DNA of 64,000 bases from Myxococcota bacterium (GTDB taxonomy: Bacteria > Myxococcota_A > UBA9160 > SZUA-336): contig CBDFGR010000003.1 of assembly GCA_965247115.1 (NCBI GenBank), positions 1,472,001 through 1,536,000 on the forward strand, read 5' to 3'. Positions 44,717-53,897 of this stretch are shown here, piece after piece. Numbering within the stretch: the first letter of the stretch is position 1; each line of letters begins with the position of its first letter. Under the pieces are notes generated by a model that was not told the DNA's origin, ran no database searches, and saw nothing but the letters and a program-made list of their open reading frames with translations. The translations under genes were made by a program, and so were the position numbers.

Positions 44717-46102
44717 GCTTGGATTCCGACGGCTCACTCCGAGAGCTCGGCTCCCCGGTATCGTGCGATCGCCGCTGCTCTCGCGGCGGACATCGCTTCC
44801 GGGGAGCTCCCGGCGGGGGCGCAGCTGCCGACGCAGCGAGCGTTGGCGGACCGGCTCGGTGTGACCGTGGGGACCGTCAGCCGCGCGTACCAGGAGGTGG
44901 CCCGTCTCGGCTTGATCAGGGGAGAGGTTGGCCGCGGCAGCTTCGTCCAGAGCGAGCCGGCGCCGCCAGCCTCCTTCGCGATCTCCGACGAGGAGCGGCC
45001 GGGCCTGATCGATCTCAGCGCGAACTTTCCTCGCTCCGAGCTCGCCAGTGAGCCGCTGCGCCGCATGCTCGAGCAGCTCGCGCAGCGCGAGCAGCTGGCC
45101 GACCTGCTCGAGTACCAGCCTGCAGCTGGCTCGGCGCGGCATCGGACTGCGGGGGCCCGCTGGGTGGAGCGTGCTGGACTCGCGTCCACACCGGACCAGA
45201 TCGTGGTCACGAGCGGAGCCCAGCACGGACTCATGCTCGCGTTCTCCGTGCTGACCAAGCCCGGCGACCTGGTGCTGAGCGCGGCGGTGACCTATCCGGG
45301 CATGACGTCCATCGCGCGGATGCTGCGGCTGCGGCTGGAGGGCCTGCCCATCGATCGCGACGGGATTCGCGCAGAGTCGTTCGAGCGTGCCTGCGAGCAG
45401 GAGCTGCCGAAGGCACTCTTCTGCATGCCCACGCTCCAGAATCCCACCGCGGTCGTGATGCCCGAGCGACGCCGCAGGGAGATCGCGCGCGTGGCAGAGC
45501 GCTTCGGCGTGACGCTCGTGGAGGACGACACGTACGGCTTCCTGCCCTCCACCCGTCCCGCTCCGCTCAGCTCTCTGCGCCCCGAAGACAGCTACTACAT
45601 CTCCGGGCTCTCGAAGTGCGTCGCACCCGGACTTCGGGTCGGCTACCTGCGTGCGCCGGCCGCGAACGCCACGAGCGTCGGCACGAGCCTGCGCACCATG
45701 ATGTACATGGCGCCGCCTCTCACGCTCGAGATCGCAACGCGCTGGATCGAGGACGGCACCGTCGATCGGCTGATCGAGACGCGGCGCCGGGAGGCCCGCG
45801 AGGCCCAGGAGCTCGCAGCCCGCCTGCTCGGGGGTCTGTCGTTTCTCAGCCACCCGGAGTCCTATCACTTGTGGCTGCAGCTGCCGTCGCCGTGGCGGGC
45901 AGAGGAGTTCTGCACGCAGGCCCGTACCAGGGGCGTGGGAGTCCTTCCGGCCGAGAGCTTTGCGGTCGGACGTGGCGCGGCGCCGCACGCCGTTCGCATC
46001 TCGATCTCTGCCGCCCGTTCACGGCAGGAGCTGGAGCGGGGCCTCCGCATCCTGGCGGAGCTCGCGAGCGCGCCCCCTGACGCCGGCGCGACCTTCGCCT
46101 GA
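44708..46102 (+). CDS. MocR/GabR family regulator (GntR wHTH + PLP-dependent aminotransferase domain)
   Basis: LPTQRALADRLGVTVGTVSRAY, GRGSFV, QNPT, EDDTY, SKCVAPGLRVGY. Divergent from pdxST. Confidence 0.93.
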   Translation: MTIAWIPTAHSESSAPRYRAIAAALAADIASGELPAGAQLPTQRALADRLGVTVGTVSRAYQEVARLGLIRGEVGRGSFVQSEPAPPASFAISDEERPGLIDLSANFPRSELASEPLRRMLEQLAQREQLADLLEYQPAAGSARHRTAGARWVERAGLASTPDQIVVTSGAQHGLMLAFSVLTKPGDLVLSAAVTYPGMTSIARMLRLRLEGLPIDRDGIRAESFERACEQELPKALFCMPTLQNPTAVVMPERRRREIARVAERFGVTLVEDDTYGFLPSTRPAPLSSLRPEDSYYISGLSKCVAPGLRVGYLRAPAANATSVGTSLRTMMYMAPPLTLEIATRWIEDGTVDRLIETRRREAREAQELAARLLGGLSFLSHPESYHLWLQLPSPWRAEEFCTQARTRGVGVLPAESFAVGRGAAPHAVRISISAARSRQELERGLRILAELASAPPDAGATFA

Positions 46103-46138
46103 CAGAAGCCGGCTTGCGCGCCGGGGTAGACTGGGTGC

Positions 46139-46732
46139 GTGAAGCTCGGACTCCTTGCGTCTCACCGCGGCACAAACTTGCAGGCCATCATCGACGCGTG
46201 TCGCTCGGAGCGTCTGGCCGCGGAGCCCGCAGTGGTGATCAGCAACAACAGCGGCTCGGGCGCAGCGGAGCGTGCGAAGCGCGAGGGGATCCCGTTTTGC
46301 CATTTGAGCGGCCAGACCCATCCCTCGGCTGAGGCCCTGGATGCGGCTGTCCGCGAGGCGCTCGAGAAACACGGTGTCGAGCTGGTGGTGCTGGTCGGGT
46401 ACATGAAGCGGATTGGCCCGTGTACGCTCGCGCGCTTCGCCGGACGCATCATCAACACCCATCCAGCGCTCCTGCCAAAGTTCGGGGGCACTGGAATGTA
46501 CGGACAGCGCGTGCACGAGGCCGTGCTCGCCGCCGGGGAGACCGAGACCGGAGTCTCGATTCATCTCGTGGACCCGGAGTACGATACGGGACCCGTCATT
46601 GCTCAGTGTAGGGTGCCGGTCGAGCCTGGAGACACCGCCGACTCCCTGGCAGCACGCGTCGTGGAGAGTGAGCACGAGTTCCTGGTCGACACCATCGCCG
46701 CGATCGCGGAGGGGCGAATCCAGCTGCCGTGA
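46139..46732 (+). CDS. purN: Phosphoribosylglycinamide formyltransferase
   Basis: SHRGTNLQAI, INTHPALLPKFGG, VHEAVL, EYDTGPVI. Confidence 0.92.
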   Translation: MKLGLLASHRGTNLQAIIDACRSERLAAEPAVVISNNSGSGAAERAKREGIPFCHLSGQTHPSAEALDAAVREALEKHGVELVVLVGYMKRIGPCTLARFAGRIINTHPALLPKFGGTGMYGQRVHEAVLAAGETETGVSIHLVDPEYDTGPVIAQCRVPVEPGDTADSLAARVVESEHEFLVDTIAAIAEGRIQLP

Positions 46733-47460
46733 CGACGATCGTCGGAGTCGACTGCGCGACGGACCCTCGCAAGGTCGGCCTCGCGCTGGCTCGGGTCCAT
46801 GGCGCGAAGGCACGTCTGCTCGCCGCGGAGTGCGGCTCCGACAGCCCGTCCATGGCGGGACGCATTGCCGAGTGGATGAGCGGGGAGCAGGCAGTGCTGC
46901 TGGCTCTGGACGCTCCGCTGGGCTGGCCCCTCGAGCTCGGCTCCACGCTGGCCGGGCACAGTGCGGGCGAGGTCATTGCTAGCGATCCAAACCGCCTGTT
47001 CCGACGCCAGACCGACCGCACGGTGCACGCCGCGCTCGGCAAGCTGCCCCTCGACGTGGGCGCAGATCGGATAGCGCGAACTGCGGTGGCTGCTCTCCGT
47101 CTGCTCGACGAGCTCCGCTCGCGGACAGGCCACGAGATCCCCCTCGCCTGGAAGTCCGAGCTCGTCGAGCCCACAGCCATCGAGGTCTATCCAGCCGGGA
47201 CGCTCGTTGCGCTGGGTCTGCGCTCCACGGGCTACAAGGAGCCGGGGCAGACGGAGCGTCGTCGCGAGATCCTCGAGATCCTCTCGAAACGCATCGAGGG
47301 TCCCCTGGAGCGCGGCCTGCTGCTGCAGAACGCCGACGTGCTCGACGCCACGCTGTGCGTGGTAGCCGCCCTCGACTTCCTCTCCGGCGCGGTGATTCCT
47401 CCCGAGGAGCCGGAAGTGGCGCGCCGCGAGGGCTGGATCTGGGTTCGCCGGCCCGACTGA
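46729..47460 (+). CDS. DUF429 family protein (predicted RNase H-like nuclease)
   Basis: IVGVDCA, LDAPLGWP, RQTDR, EVYPAG, LDA, EGWIW. Confidence 0.85.
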   Translation: MTTIVGVDCATDPRKVGLALARVHGAKARLLAAECGSDSPSMAGRIAEWMSGEQAVLLALDAPLGWPLELGSTLAGHSAGEVIASDPNRLFRRQTDRTVHAALGKLPLDVGADRIARTAVAALRLLDELRSRTGHEIPLAWKSELVEPTAIEVYPAGTLVALGLRSTGYKEPGQTERRREILEILSKRIEGPLERGLLLQNADVLDATLCVVAALDFLSGAVIPPEEPEVARREGWIWVRRPD

Positions 47461-47488
47461 GCCTCCCGCGCTCGTCTAAGATGGGCGC

Positions 47489-49675
47489 ATGATTGCAAAG
47501 ACCCTCGTGGGCTACGCAGACAGGCTCAGCGTCGCGCCCGGTGAGACGCTGCGCTTCATGGTGAGCTGCTACGTCCCGGGTAGTTACCGGGCGGACATCG
47601 TGCGCCTGATCTGTGGAGACGAATCGGAGCGCGGTGCGGGCTTCAAGGAGGAAGAGTTCGAGACCGCGGTGAGCGGCGAGTATCCCGGGCGCGAGCAGCC
47701 GGTGCATCCGGGCTCCTACGCGATCGTGCCCGAAGTTCCGGCGCTCGAGAGCTTCAGCGCCCAGGTGCTGATCTGGCCGACGCTGCCGCAGCTCGGACGC
47801 CAGGCGATCATGGGAACCTGGAACGAGGCCCAGGCCAGCGGCTTCGCGCTCGGCGTCGACGAGCACGGCGAGGTCGAGCTGGTGCTTGGCTCGGCGGACG
47901 GGAGCGTCTCCCGTCTGGGCTCCGGTCTCACGCTCCAGGCGCGCCGCTGGGTCCGGGTGTCGGCCAGCTATGATGCCTCGACGGGTAGCGCGAGCCTGAC
48001 GCAGAGCCCACTGGGCCTCTCGGTTGCAGAGGAAGCACTGTCCCGGAGTGCGGAGGTGAGCGCGCACTTCCCGCCGGGGATCCGGTCGCCCGCGGCGCCC
48101 CTGCTCTTTGCTGCCCGGGCGGGGGCACCGGTCGGCGGGCACTTCAACGGGAAGATCGAGGCGCCCCGGCTTGCAAAGCGAGCGTTGCCGGCGAGCGAGC
48201 TGCATGCACTGCTCGATCAGCCGGATGCGGTGGTCGCTTGCTGGGATTTCTCGGTCGGGATCCCCACGGAGTCCATCAGCGATCTCTCTCCGAACGCGCT
48301 GCACGGCCAGACCGTGAACCTCCCGACGCGTGCGGTGACCGGCTCCGGCTGGACGGGAAGCGAGCAGAGCTGGCGACACGCCCCGAGCGAGTATGCCGCT
48401 ATCCACTTTCACGACGATGACCTCTGCGACGCCGGCTGGGAGGCGGACTTCGAGCTGCGGGTTCCGCGGAGCTTCCGCAGCGGGGTCTACGCCGCGCGGC
48501 TGCGGCTGGGGGAGGGCGACGACTACGTCACGTTCTTTGTGCGCCCCGCGCGCGGAAGCGCGACCGCGAAGGTCGCGTACCTGGCACCGACCGCGAGCTA
48601 TCTCGCGTACGCGAACAATCGCCTGTCGGTGGCGATGCTCGGCGGGGCGACCGTGCGCAACCCGAACGAGGCGATGCTCCTGGCGCACCCGGAATTCGGG
48701 CCCTCGCTATACGAGCGCCACTCCGACGGCAGCGGCGTGCACTACTCGTCGCACCTGCGTCCGATCGTGAACATGAAGGCGAAGGCCCTGCTGTGGGGCT
48801 TCAACGCGGACAGCAACATCACCGACTGGCTGGAGCACACAGGCCACGCCTACGACGTGATCACGGATGAGGATCTCCACAACGAGGGCCGCGATCTGCT
48901 CGCGTCCTACCGCGTGGTGATCACGGGCAGCCATCCCGAATACTACTCCACGGTCATGCTCGACGAGCTGTCTGCCTACCTGGGTGACGGCGGCCGCCTG
49001 ATGTACATGGGAGGGAATGGCTTCTACTGGCGCATCGCCTTCCACCCGACCAGACCGGGAGTGATCGAGGTGCGGCGCGCGGAGGACGGCACGCGCACGT
49101 GGATCGCCGAGCCAGGCGAGTACTATCACTCCTTCAATGGAGAGTACGGGGGTCTGTGGCGACGCCTGAAACGTCCTCCGAATCGACTCGTGGGGATCGG
49201 CTTTGCGGCTCAAGGCTTCGACAGGAGCTCGCACTACCGCCGTCTGCCGGGGAGCCACGACCCGCGCGCGGCGTTTGCCTTCGAAGGGATCTCGGAGAAG
49301 GAGATCATCGGTGACTACGGCCGCATCGGAGACGGAGCGGCGGGTCAGGAGATCGACCGCTGTGATTTCGCACTGGACTCGCCACGCCACACGCTCGTCC
49401 TGGCCACGTCGGAGGGCCACACCCCGGCCATGCTCCGAACAAAAGAGGAGTTCTTCGCGACCACGACCTGGTTCGAAGACAAGAAAGTGAGGGCGGACAT
49501 GGTGTTCTTCGAGTGTCCTCTCGGAGGGGCGGTGTTCTCGACCGGGTCGATCGCGTACGCCGGGGCGCTGGCACACAACGGCTACGACAACGACATCTAC
49601 CGCATCACGACCAATGTCCTGTCGCGGTTCGTAGATCCCGAGCCCTTCTTGGTACCGCGGGAGTACGTAGGGTAG
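47489..49675 (+). CDS. N,N-dimethylformamidase large subunit family protein
   Basis: GYADRLSVAPGE, LamG-like region, IHFHDDDL, YLAYAN, GSHPEY, YMGGNGFYW, GAVFSTGSI. Confidence 0.9.
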   Translation: MIAKTLVGYADRLSVAPGETLRFMVSCYVPGSYRADIVRLICGDESERGAGFKEEEFETAVSGEYPGREQPVHPGSYAIVPEVPALESFSAQVLIWPTLPQLGRQAIMGTWNEAQASGFALGVDEHGEVELVLGSADGSVSRLGSGLTLQARRWVRVSASYDASTGSASLTQSPLGLSVAEEALSRSAEVSAHFPPGIRSPAAPLLFAARAGAPVGGHFNGKIEAPRLAKRALPASELHALLDQPDAVVACWDFSVGIPTESISDLSPNALHGQTVNLPTRAVTGSGWTGSEQSWRHAPSEYAAIHFHDDDLCDAGWEADFELRVPRSFRSGVYAARLRLGEGDDYVTFFVRPARGSATAKVAYLAPTASYLAYANNRLSVAMLGGATVRNPNEAMLLAHPEFGPSLYERHSDGSGVHYSSHLRPIVNMKAKALLWGFNADSNITDWLEHTGHAYDVITDEDLHNEGRDLLASYRVVITGSHPEYYSTVMLDELSAYLGDGGRLMYMGGNGFYWRIAFHPTRPGVIEVRRAEDGTRTWIAEPGEYYHSFNGEYGGLWRRLKRPPNRLVGIGFAAQGFDRSSHYRRLPGSHDPRAAFAFEGISEKEIIGDYGRIGDGAAGQEIDRCDFALDSPRHTLVLATSEGHTPAMLRTKEEFFATTTWFEDKKVRADMVFFECPLGGAVFSTGSIAYAGALAHNGYDNDIYRITTNVLSRFVDPEPFLVPREYVG

Positions 49676-49722
49676 CCCCCCGGAGGCCGGGATCTTGACT
49701 TGGGGCGGTCCTTGATCTTGAC

Positions 49723-50193
49723 TTACTGTTTGAGCCCGGTCGGGCGAAAGCCAAGCGCCCGCGCAACCACGCGTCCCATCCACGACGCTGCCCAGTCCGT
49801 CACGCGCTGCAGTGCGATCAGGAGGTCTTCCTGCCCGGACCAGTGCGAGCGCACGAGGTCGGGATGCACCTGGTTGAGGATGCGCGAGAGTGCGGCGACG
49901 ACCACGAGCAGATCGTCGATCATGCCGAGTGGCCCCAGTAGCAGATCCGGCAACAGATCGAGCGGGGAGAGCGCGTAGGAGATCCCGATCAGCGCGATCA
50001 CCTTGGCGGAAGTGGGAACGCGACGATCTCTGGCCAGGCGGCCGAGCAGCACGACGAGATCCGGCAGCATGAGAAGCAGATCGCGGAGCCCGGAGCGCGT
50101 ACCGGGTACGCCCGAAACGACGCGTGCGCGCAGCCGATCGTAGAGTCGGGTCTCCCTGGCGCGGATGTCGAGCTCGAGCGGCGGCTGTGCCAT
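49723..50193 (-). CDS. DUF1232/YkvA family membrane protein
   Basis: YALSPLDLLPD...GMIDDL, HWSG. Confidence 0.85.
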   Translation of the reverse strand: MAQPPLELDIRARETRLYDRLRARVVSGVPGTRSGLRDLLLMLPDLVVLLGRLARDRRVPTSAKVIALIGISYALSPLDLLPDLLLGPLGMIDDLLVVVAALSRILNQVHPDLVRSHWSGQEDLLIALQRVTDWAASWMGRVVARALGFRPTGLKQ

Positions 50194-50335
50194 CTGGACA
50201 AGGGTAGCGTCAGAATCGCGCGCTCTCTTGAAGCTGGCGGGAAACGAATCCCCACAACGGAGAATCCAAGACCCCGACCGCGTTCGGATCAGATCGGCGA
50301 GCTGCTGCTGGCGGCCCATTGTGGAGGCAGAACGG

Positions 50336-51874
50336 ATGAACGAGTTCGCGAGCGTCATCGAGGGCAACCGCTACGACGAGGAGCGGCTGGCCCTCACGCA
50401 TCCCCCGGAGCACCGGAACCCCGTGCCCCAGCCGAGCTACAACCTCGTGGTCATCGGCGCTGGCACGGGCGGGCTGATCAGCGCGCTCGTGGCCTCCAGT
50501 CTGGGTGCCAAGGTTGCGCTCGTTGAGCGCGGCCTGATGGGAGGTGATTGTCTCAACGTGGGGTGCGTCCCCTCCAAGGGGGTGATTCGCGCGTCGCGAA
50601 TGGCGGCGGAGCTCCGCGAGTCGCGCGGCCTCGGACTGGAGCTCGACCTGAGCGCCGGGATCGACTTCGGGCAGGCCATGGAGCGCGTGCGGCGCGTCCG
50701 CACCCAGATCAGCCGCGAGGATTCTGTTGCCCGTTACCGGGACGAGTTCGGGATCGATGTGTTTCTCGGCCAAGCGACGTTTGCATCCGACCGCACGCTC
50801 CGGGTCGAGCGTGGTGGCGAGCGTATTGAGCTCGCCTTCAAGAAGGCCGTCATCGCGACGGGCGCGCGGGCCTTGAGCCCCCCGATCGAGGGGCTAGAAG
50901 AGGCGGGCTACCGCACGAACGAGAACATCTTCAACCTGACGGAGTGCCCGCGGAGGCTGGCCGTTATCGGCGCGGGTCCGATCGGCAGCGAGCTGGCGCA
51001 GGCGTTCCGCCGTCTGGGCTCCGAGGTAACGCTCTTCGAGCGCGCCCCACACTTCCTCACCCGCGAGGATGACGATGCTGCCGAGCTGCTCCAGGACGTG
51101 TTTCGCGACGAGGGGATCCGGATCGAGCTCTCGTCGAACGTGCAGAGGGTCGAGCGCAAGGGCGACGAGAAGGTGATCCACTTCGAGAACGGCGGTGGAG
51201 CGCCCAGCGAGCTGGTGGCCGACGAGATCCTGGTCGGCGCGGGGAGAGCCCCGAACGTAGAAGGGCTCGGGCTCGAGGCGGCGAGCGTCGCGTATGACCT
51301 GCGGAAGGGCGTGGAGGTGAACGACCGTCTCCAGACGAGCAACCGGCGCATCTACGCCGTCGGTGACGTGTGCATGGCCTGGAAGTTCACGCACGCTGCG
51401 GATGCGGCGGCCAAGATCGTCGTTCAGAACGCGCTCTTCCTCGGCCGCAAGAAGCTCTCCGATCTCGTCATGCCCTGGTGCACGTATACCTCGCCCGAGA
51501 TCGCTCACGTGGGGCTGTATCCCCACGAAGCCCGGGAGCAGAACGTGGAGATCGACACGTACAAGGTCCCCCTCGACGAGAACAACCGCGCCGTGGCCGA
51601 CGGTGAGGAGAACGGCTTCGTGAAGATCCACACCCGAAAGGGCAGCGACCGGATCGTCGGCGCGACCGTGGTAGCGGCCCACGCGGGCGATCTGATCAGC
51701 CAGGTAACTCAGGCGATTGTCGGCAAGGTAGGGCTCGGCGCGCTCACGAACGTGATCTTCCCGTACCCGACACAGGCCGAGGCGATCAAGCGCGCGGCCG
51801 GCCTCTACACAAGGACCCGCTTGACGCCTTTCGTGAAGAGGCTCTTCGAGGGCTGGCTCGCGCTATCGCGCTGA
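50336..51874 (+). CDS. Pyridine nucleotide-disulfide oxidoreductase (mercuric reductase/dihydrolipoamide dehydrogenase-like)
   Basis: GAGTGG, GGDCLNVGCVPSK, GAGPIG, FTHAA, YPTQAE. No C-terminal Cys-Cys. Confidence 0.9.
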   Translation: MNEFASVIEGNRYDEERLALTHPPEHRNPVPQPSYNLVVIGAGTGGLISALVASSLGAKVALVERGLMGGDCLNVGCVPSKGVIRASRMAAELRESRGLGLELDLSAGIDFGQAMERVRRVRTQISREDSVARYRDEFGIDVFLGQATFASDRTLRVERGGERIELAFKKAVIATGARALSPPIEGLEEAGYRTNENIFNLTECPRRLAVIGAGPIGSELAQAFRRLGSEVTLFERAPHFLTREDDDAAELLQDVFRDEGIRIELSSNVQRVERKGDEKVIHFENGGGAPSELVADEILVGAGRAPNVEGLGLEAASVAYDLRKGVEVNDRLQTSNRRIYAVGDVCMAWKFTHAADAAAKIVVQNALFLGRKKLSDLVMPWCTYTSPEIAHVGLYPHEAREQNVEIDTYKVPLDENNRAVADGEENGFVKIHTRKGSDRIVGATVVAAHAGDLISQVTQAIVGKVGLGALTNVIFPYPTQAEAIKRAAGLYTRTRLTPFVKRLFEGWLALSR

Positions 51875-51877
51875 CCT

Positions 51878-51941
51878 CTAAGAAGCGCAGATGTCGCTAA
51901 GAGCGCAGATGTCGCTAAGAAGCGCAGATGTCGCTCAGAAG
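51878..51941. repeat. Intergenic tandem repeat CTAAGA(A)GCGCAGATGTCG, 3 copies + partial
   Basis: Units 51878-51896, 51897-51914 and 51915-51933, partial to 51941. Confidence 0.9.
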
Positions 51942-53629
51942 TACCCGAGGATCAGGTAGGCGCCGAGCAGGATCGCGGCCCACATGGCCGCCGCTCCCGT
52001 CTTCCAGGGCTCGCCGAGCAGTCCGGGCGGGGTGTGGTGCCGCACGACCTCTCCGAGCAGACGCTTGTAGGCTCGGCGAACGGGCGCGCCGAGAGCCTCG
52101 GCAAGCCGGGTCCCCCCGCTACCGGCGGCCTGCAATAGCGCGGGGGCGGCTCGTCGGTAGAAGTAATCGCTGTCGATATTCGTGCTGTGGAGCTCGGGCG
52201 GATAGATGCCGCGCAGGTTCAGCCAGGCAAACGCCAGTGCGGAGAAGAAGAGCAGCTGCAGCTGGCTGATCACGTGGGCAGAGGTGTAGGGGATGTAGTC
52301 GACTTCGTAGGGCAGGAGTGGGTACAGGAAGGCGGTGGGGAAGCAGCCGTTGAACACGCACAGGACGGCGGCCAGGGTCATGGCAACGAGCATGTTCCGC
52401 GGCGCCTCCTTGCAGCGGATGCCGGAGTCGTGGGCGAAGAAGGCGAAGTAGGGGATCTTGATCCCGGCGTGATGGAAGACGCCCGCTGAGGCGAACAGCA
52501 GCACGAGCCAGATCCAGTCGTACCCCTCTTCGAGCGCTGAGGTCATCACCATCGATTTGCTGACAAAGCCGCTGAACAGCGGGAAGGCCGAGATCGAGGC
52601 AGCGGCCACGATGCAAAAACCGGTGGTCAGCGGCATGCTCTTGTACAGACCGCCCAGGTCGGAGCCGTTGATCTTGCCCGTGCGGTACAGGACTGCCCCC
52701 ATGGACATGAACAGGAGCCCCTTGAAGATGACGTCGTTGAAGGCGTGCGAGACGGCGCCGTTCAGGGCGAGCTCCGTACCCAGACCTATCCCGCAGACCA
52801 TGAAGCCAAGCTGGTTGATCATGCTGTAGGCCAGCACGCGCCGGAGGTCGTTCTCGATCACTGCGTAGAAGATCGGGAACGCGGTCATCGCCGCGCCGAT
52901 GTAGATCAGTGCTTCTGTCCCGGGGAAGCCGCGGGCCATCGCGTAGATCGCGACCTTGGTGGTGAAGGCGCTCAGGAAGACGGCGCCCGTGGGTGTGGCC
53001 TCGGGGTAGGCATCGGTGAGCCAGTTGTGCAGCAAGGGGAACGCGCACTTGATGCCGAAGGCGCTGAAGATCAGGGTCGCCGCGAGCCCGTCGAGCCCGA
53101 TGTAGTCGAAGTCGATCGAGCCCGTCTGGTTGACGTAGAGGATCACGCCGGAGAGGAGCGCGAGACCCGATAGGACCTGGACCACCAGGTAGCGCAGGCC
53201 CGCGGCGGTGGCGCGAGGTGTGCGCCGCGCCCAGATGAGGAAGAGCGAGGTCGTCGCCAGCAGCTCCCAGAACACGAGGAGCGTGATCAGGTCGCCAGCC
53301 AGCACCGCGCCGATTGCGCTGCCCGCGTACATGAGCGAGGAGACGAGCTGAAACGAATCGCGAACCCGGAGCGAGAACAGGCAGGCGATGAACGCGGCGA
53401 TGTGGAACAGGTACGCGAAGATCCGACTGAGCCCGTCGACGCGAACCAGCGTGAGCGAATACGTGAACACGTCGATCTTCAGGTACTCGCCCTCTGGAAA
53501 GCTCCACAGGACGAGAAAGCTCGCCACCGGCAGCAGCAGGATGTACGCGGATCGCAGTGGCCCGCGCAGCACCGGAACGAGCAAGGAGCCGAGGATGAGC
53601 ACCAAAGCGGGGGGGAAGTCACCGATCAT
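51935..53629 (-). CDS. mrpD: Mrp Na+/H+ antiporter subunit D-like (third copy)
   Basis: VFWE, LHNWLTDAYPEA, FTTK, RRVLAYS, FKGLLFM, SGFVSK. Confidence 0.88.
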   Translation of the reverse strand: MIGDFPPALVLILGSLLVPVLRGPLRSAYILLLPVASFLVLWSFPEGEYLKIDVFTYSLTLVRVDGLSRIFAYLFHIAAFIACLFSLRVRDSFQLVSSLMYAGSAIGAVLAGDLITLLVFWELLATTSLFLIWARRTPRATAAGLRYLVVQVLSGLALLSGVILYVNQTGSIDFDYIGLDGLAATLIFSAFGIKCAFPLLHNWLTDAYPEATPTGAVFLSAFTTKVAIYAMARGFPGTEALIYIGAAMTAFPIFYAVIENDLRRVLAYSMINQLGFMVCGIGLGTELALNGAVSHAFNDVIFKGLLFMSMGAVLYRTGKINGSDLGGLYKSMPLTTGFCIVAAASISAFPLFSGFVSKSMVMTSALEEGYDWIWLVLLFASAGVFHHAGIKIPYFAFFAHDSGIRCKEAPRNMLVAMTLAAVLCVFNGCFPTAFLYPLLPYEVDYIPYTSAHVISQLQLLFFSALAFAWLNLRGIYPPELHSTNIDSDYFYRRAAPALLQAAGSGGTRLAEALGAPVRRAYKRLLGEVVRHHTPPGLLGEPWKTGAAAMWAAILLGAYLILGYF

Positions 53630-53897
53630 AGAAGTCTTCGCCGCGCATCAGGACGCGACGCATCTGCTTCGCGATCAGCACGAGCAGTACGCAGGCAACG
53701 AAGCCGTAAATCGTGTAGAAGCCGGGAAAGGCCTCCCACGTCCGATAGGCGTGTCGCCAGTCCGCGATCTCGAGCTGTTGCAGCGCGGCGTTCACGAGAT
53801 CGATCGCCAGCAGGAAGGCGCAGATCGCGTACAGCGTGCGCAGCACCTTCTGCACGTTCTCCGGCCGGTCGAGAAAGCGCTCTCGCTCGGGCGCCAT
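53619..53897 (-). CDS. Small membrane protein within the mrp operon
   Basis: Two TM helices, FPGFYTIYGFVAC...MRGEDFYD; overlaps or abuts its neighbours. Confidence 0.8.
   Translation of the reverse strand: MAPERERFLDRPENVQKVLRTLYAICAFLLAIDLVNAALQQLEIADWRHAYRTWEAFPGFYTIYGFVACVLLVLIAKQMRRVLMRGEDFYDR

Noticed and set aside
50336..51874. merA mercuric reductase
   Set aside because: Lacks the C-terminal Cys-Cys pair and NmerA domain; no mer genes nearby.
51878..51941. Possible mini CRISPR array
   Set aside because: Units are directly adjacent with no unique spacers, and no cas genes are in the window.
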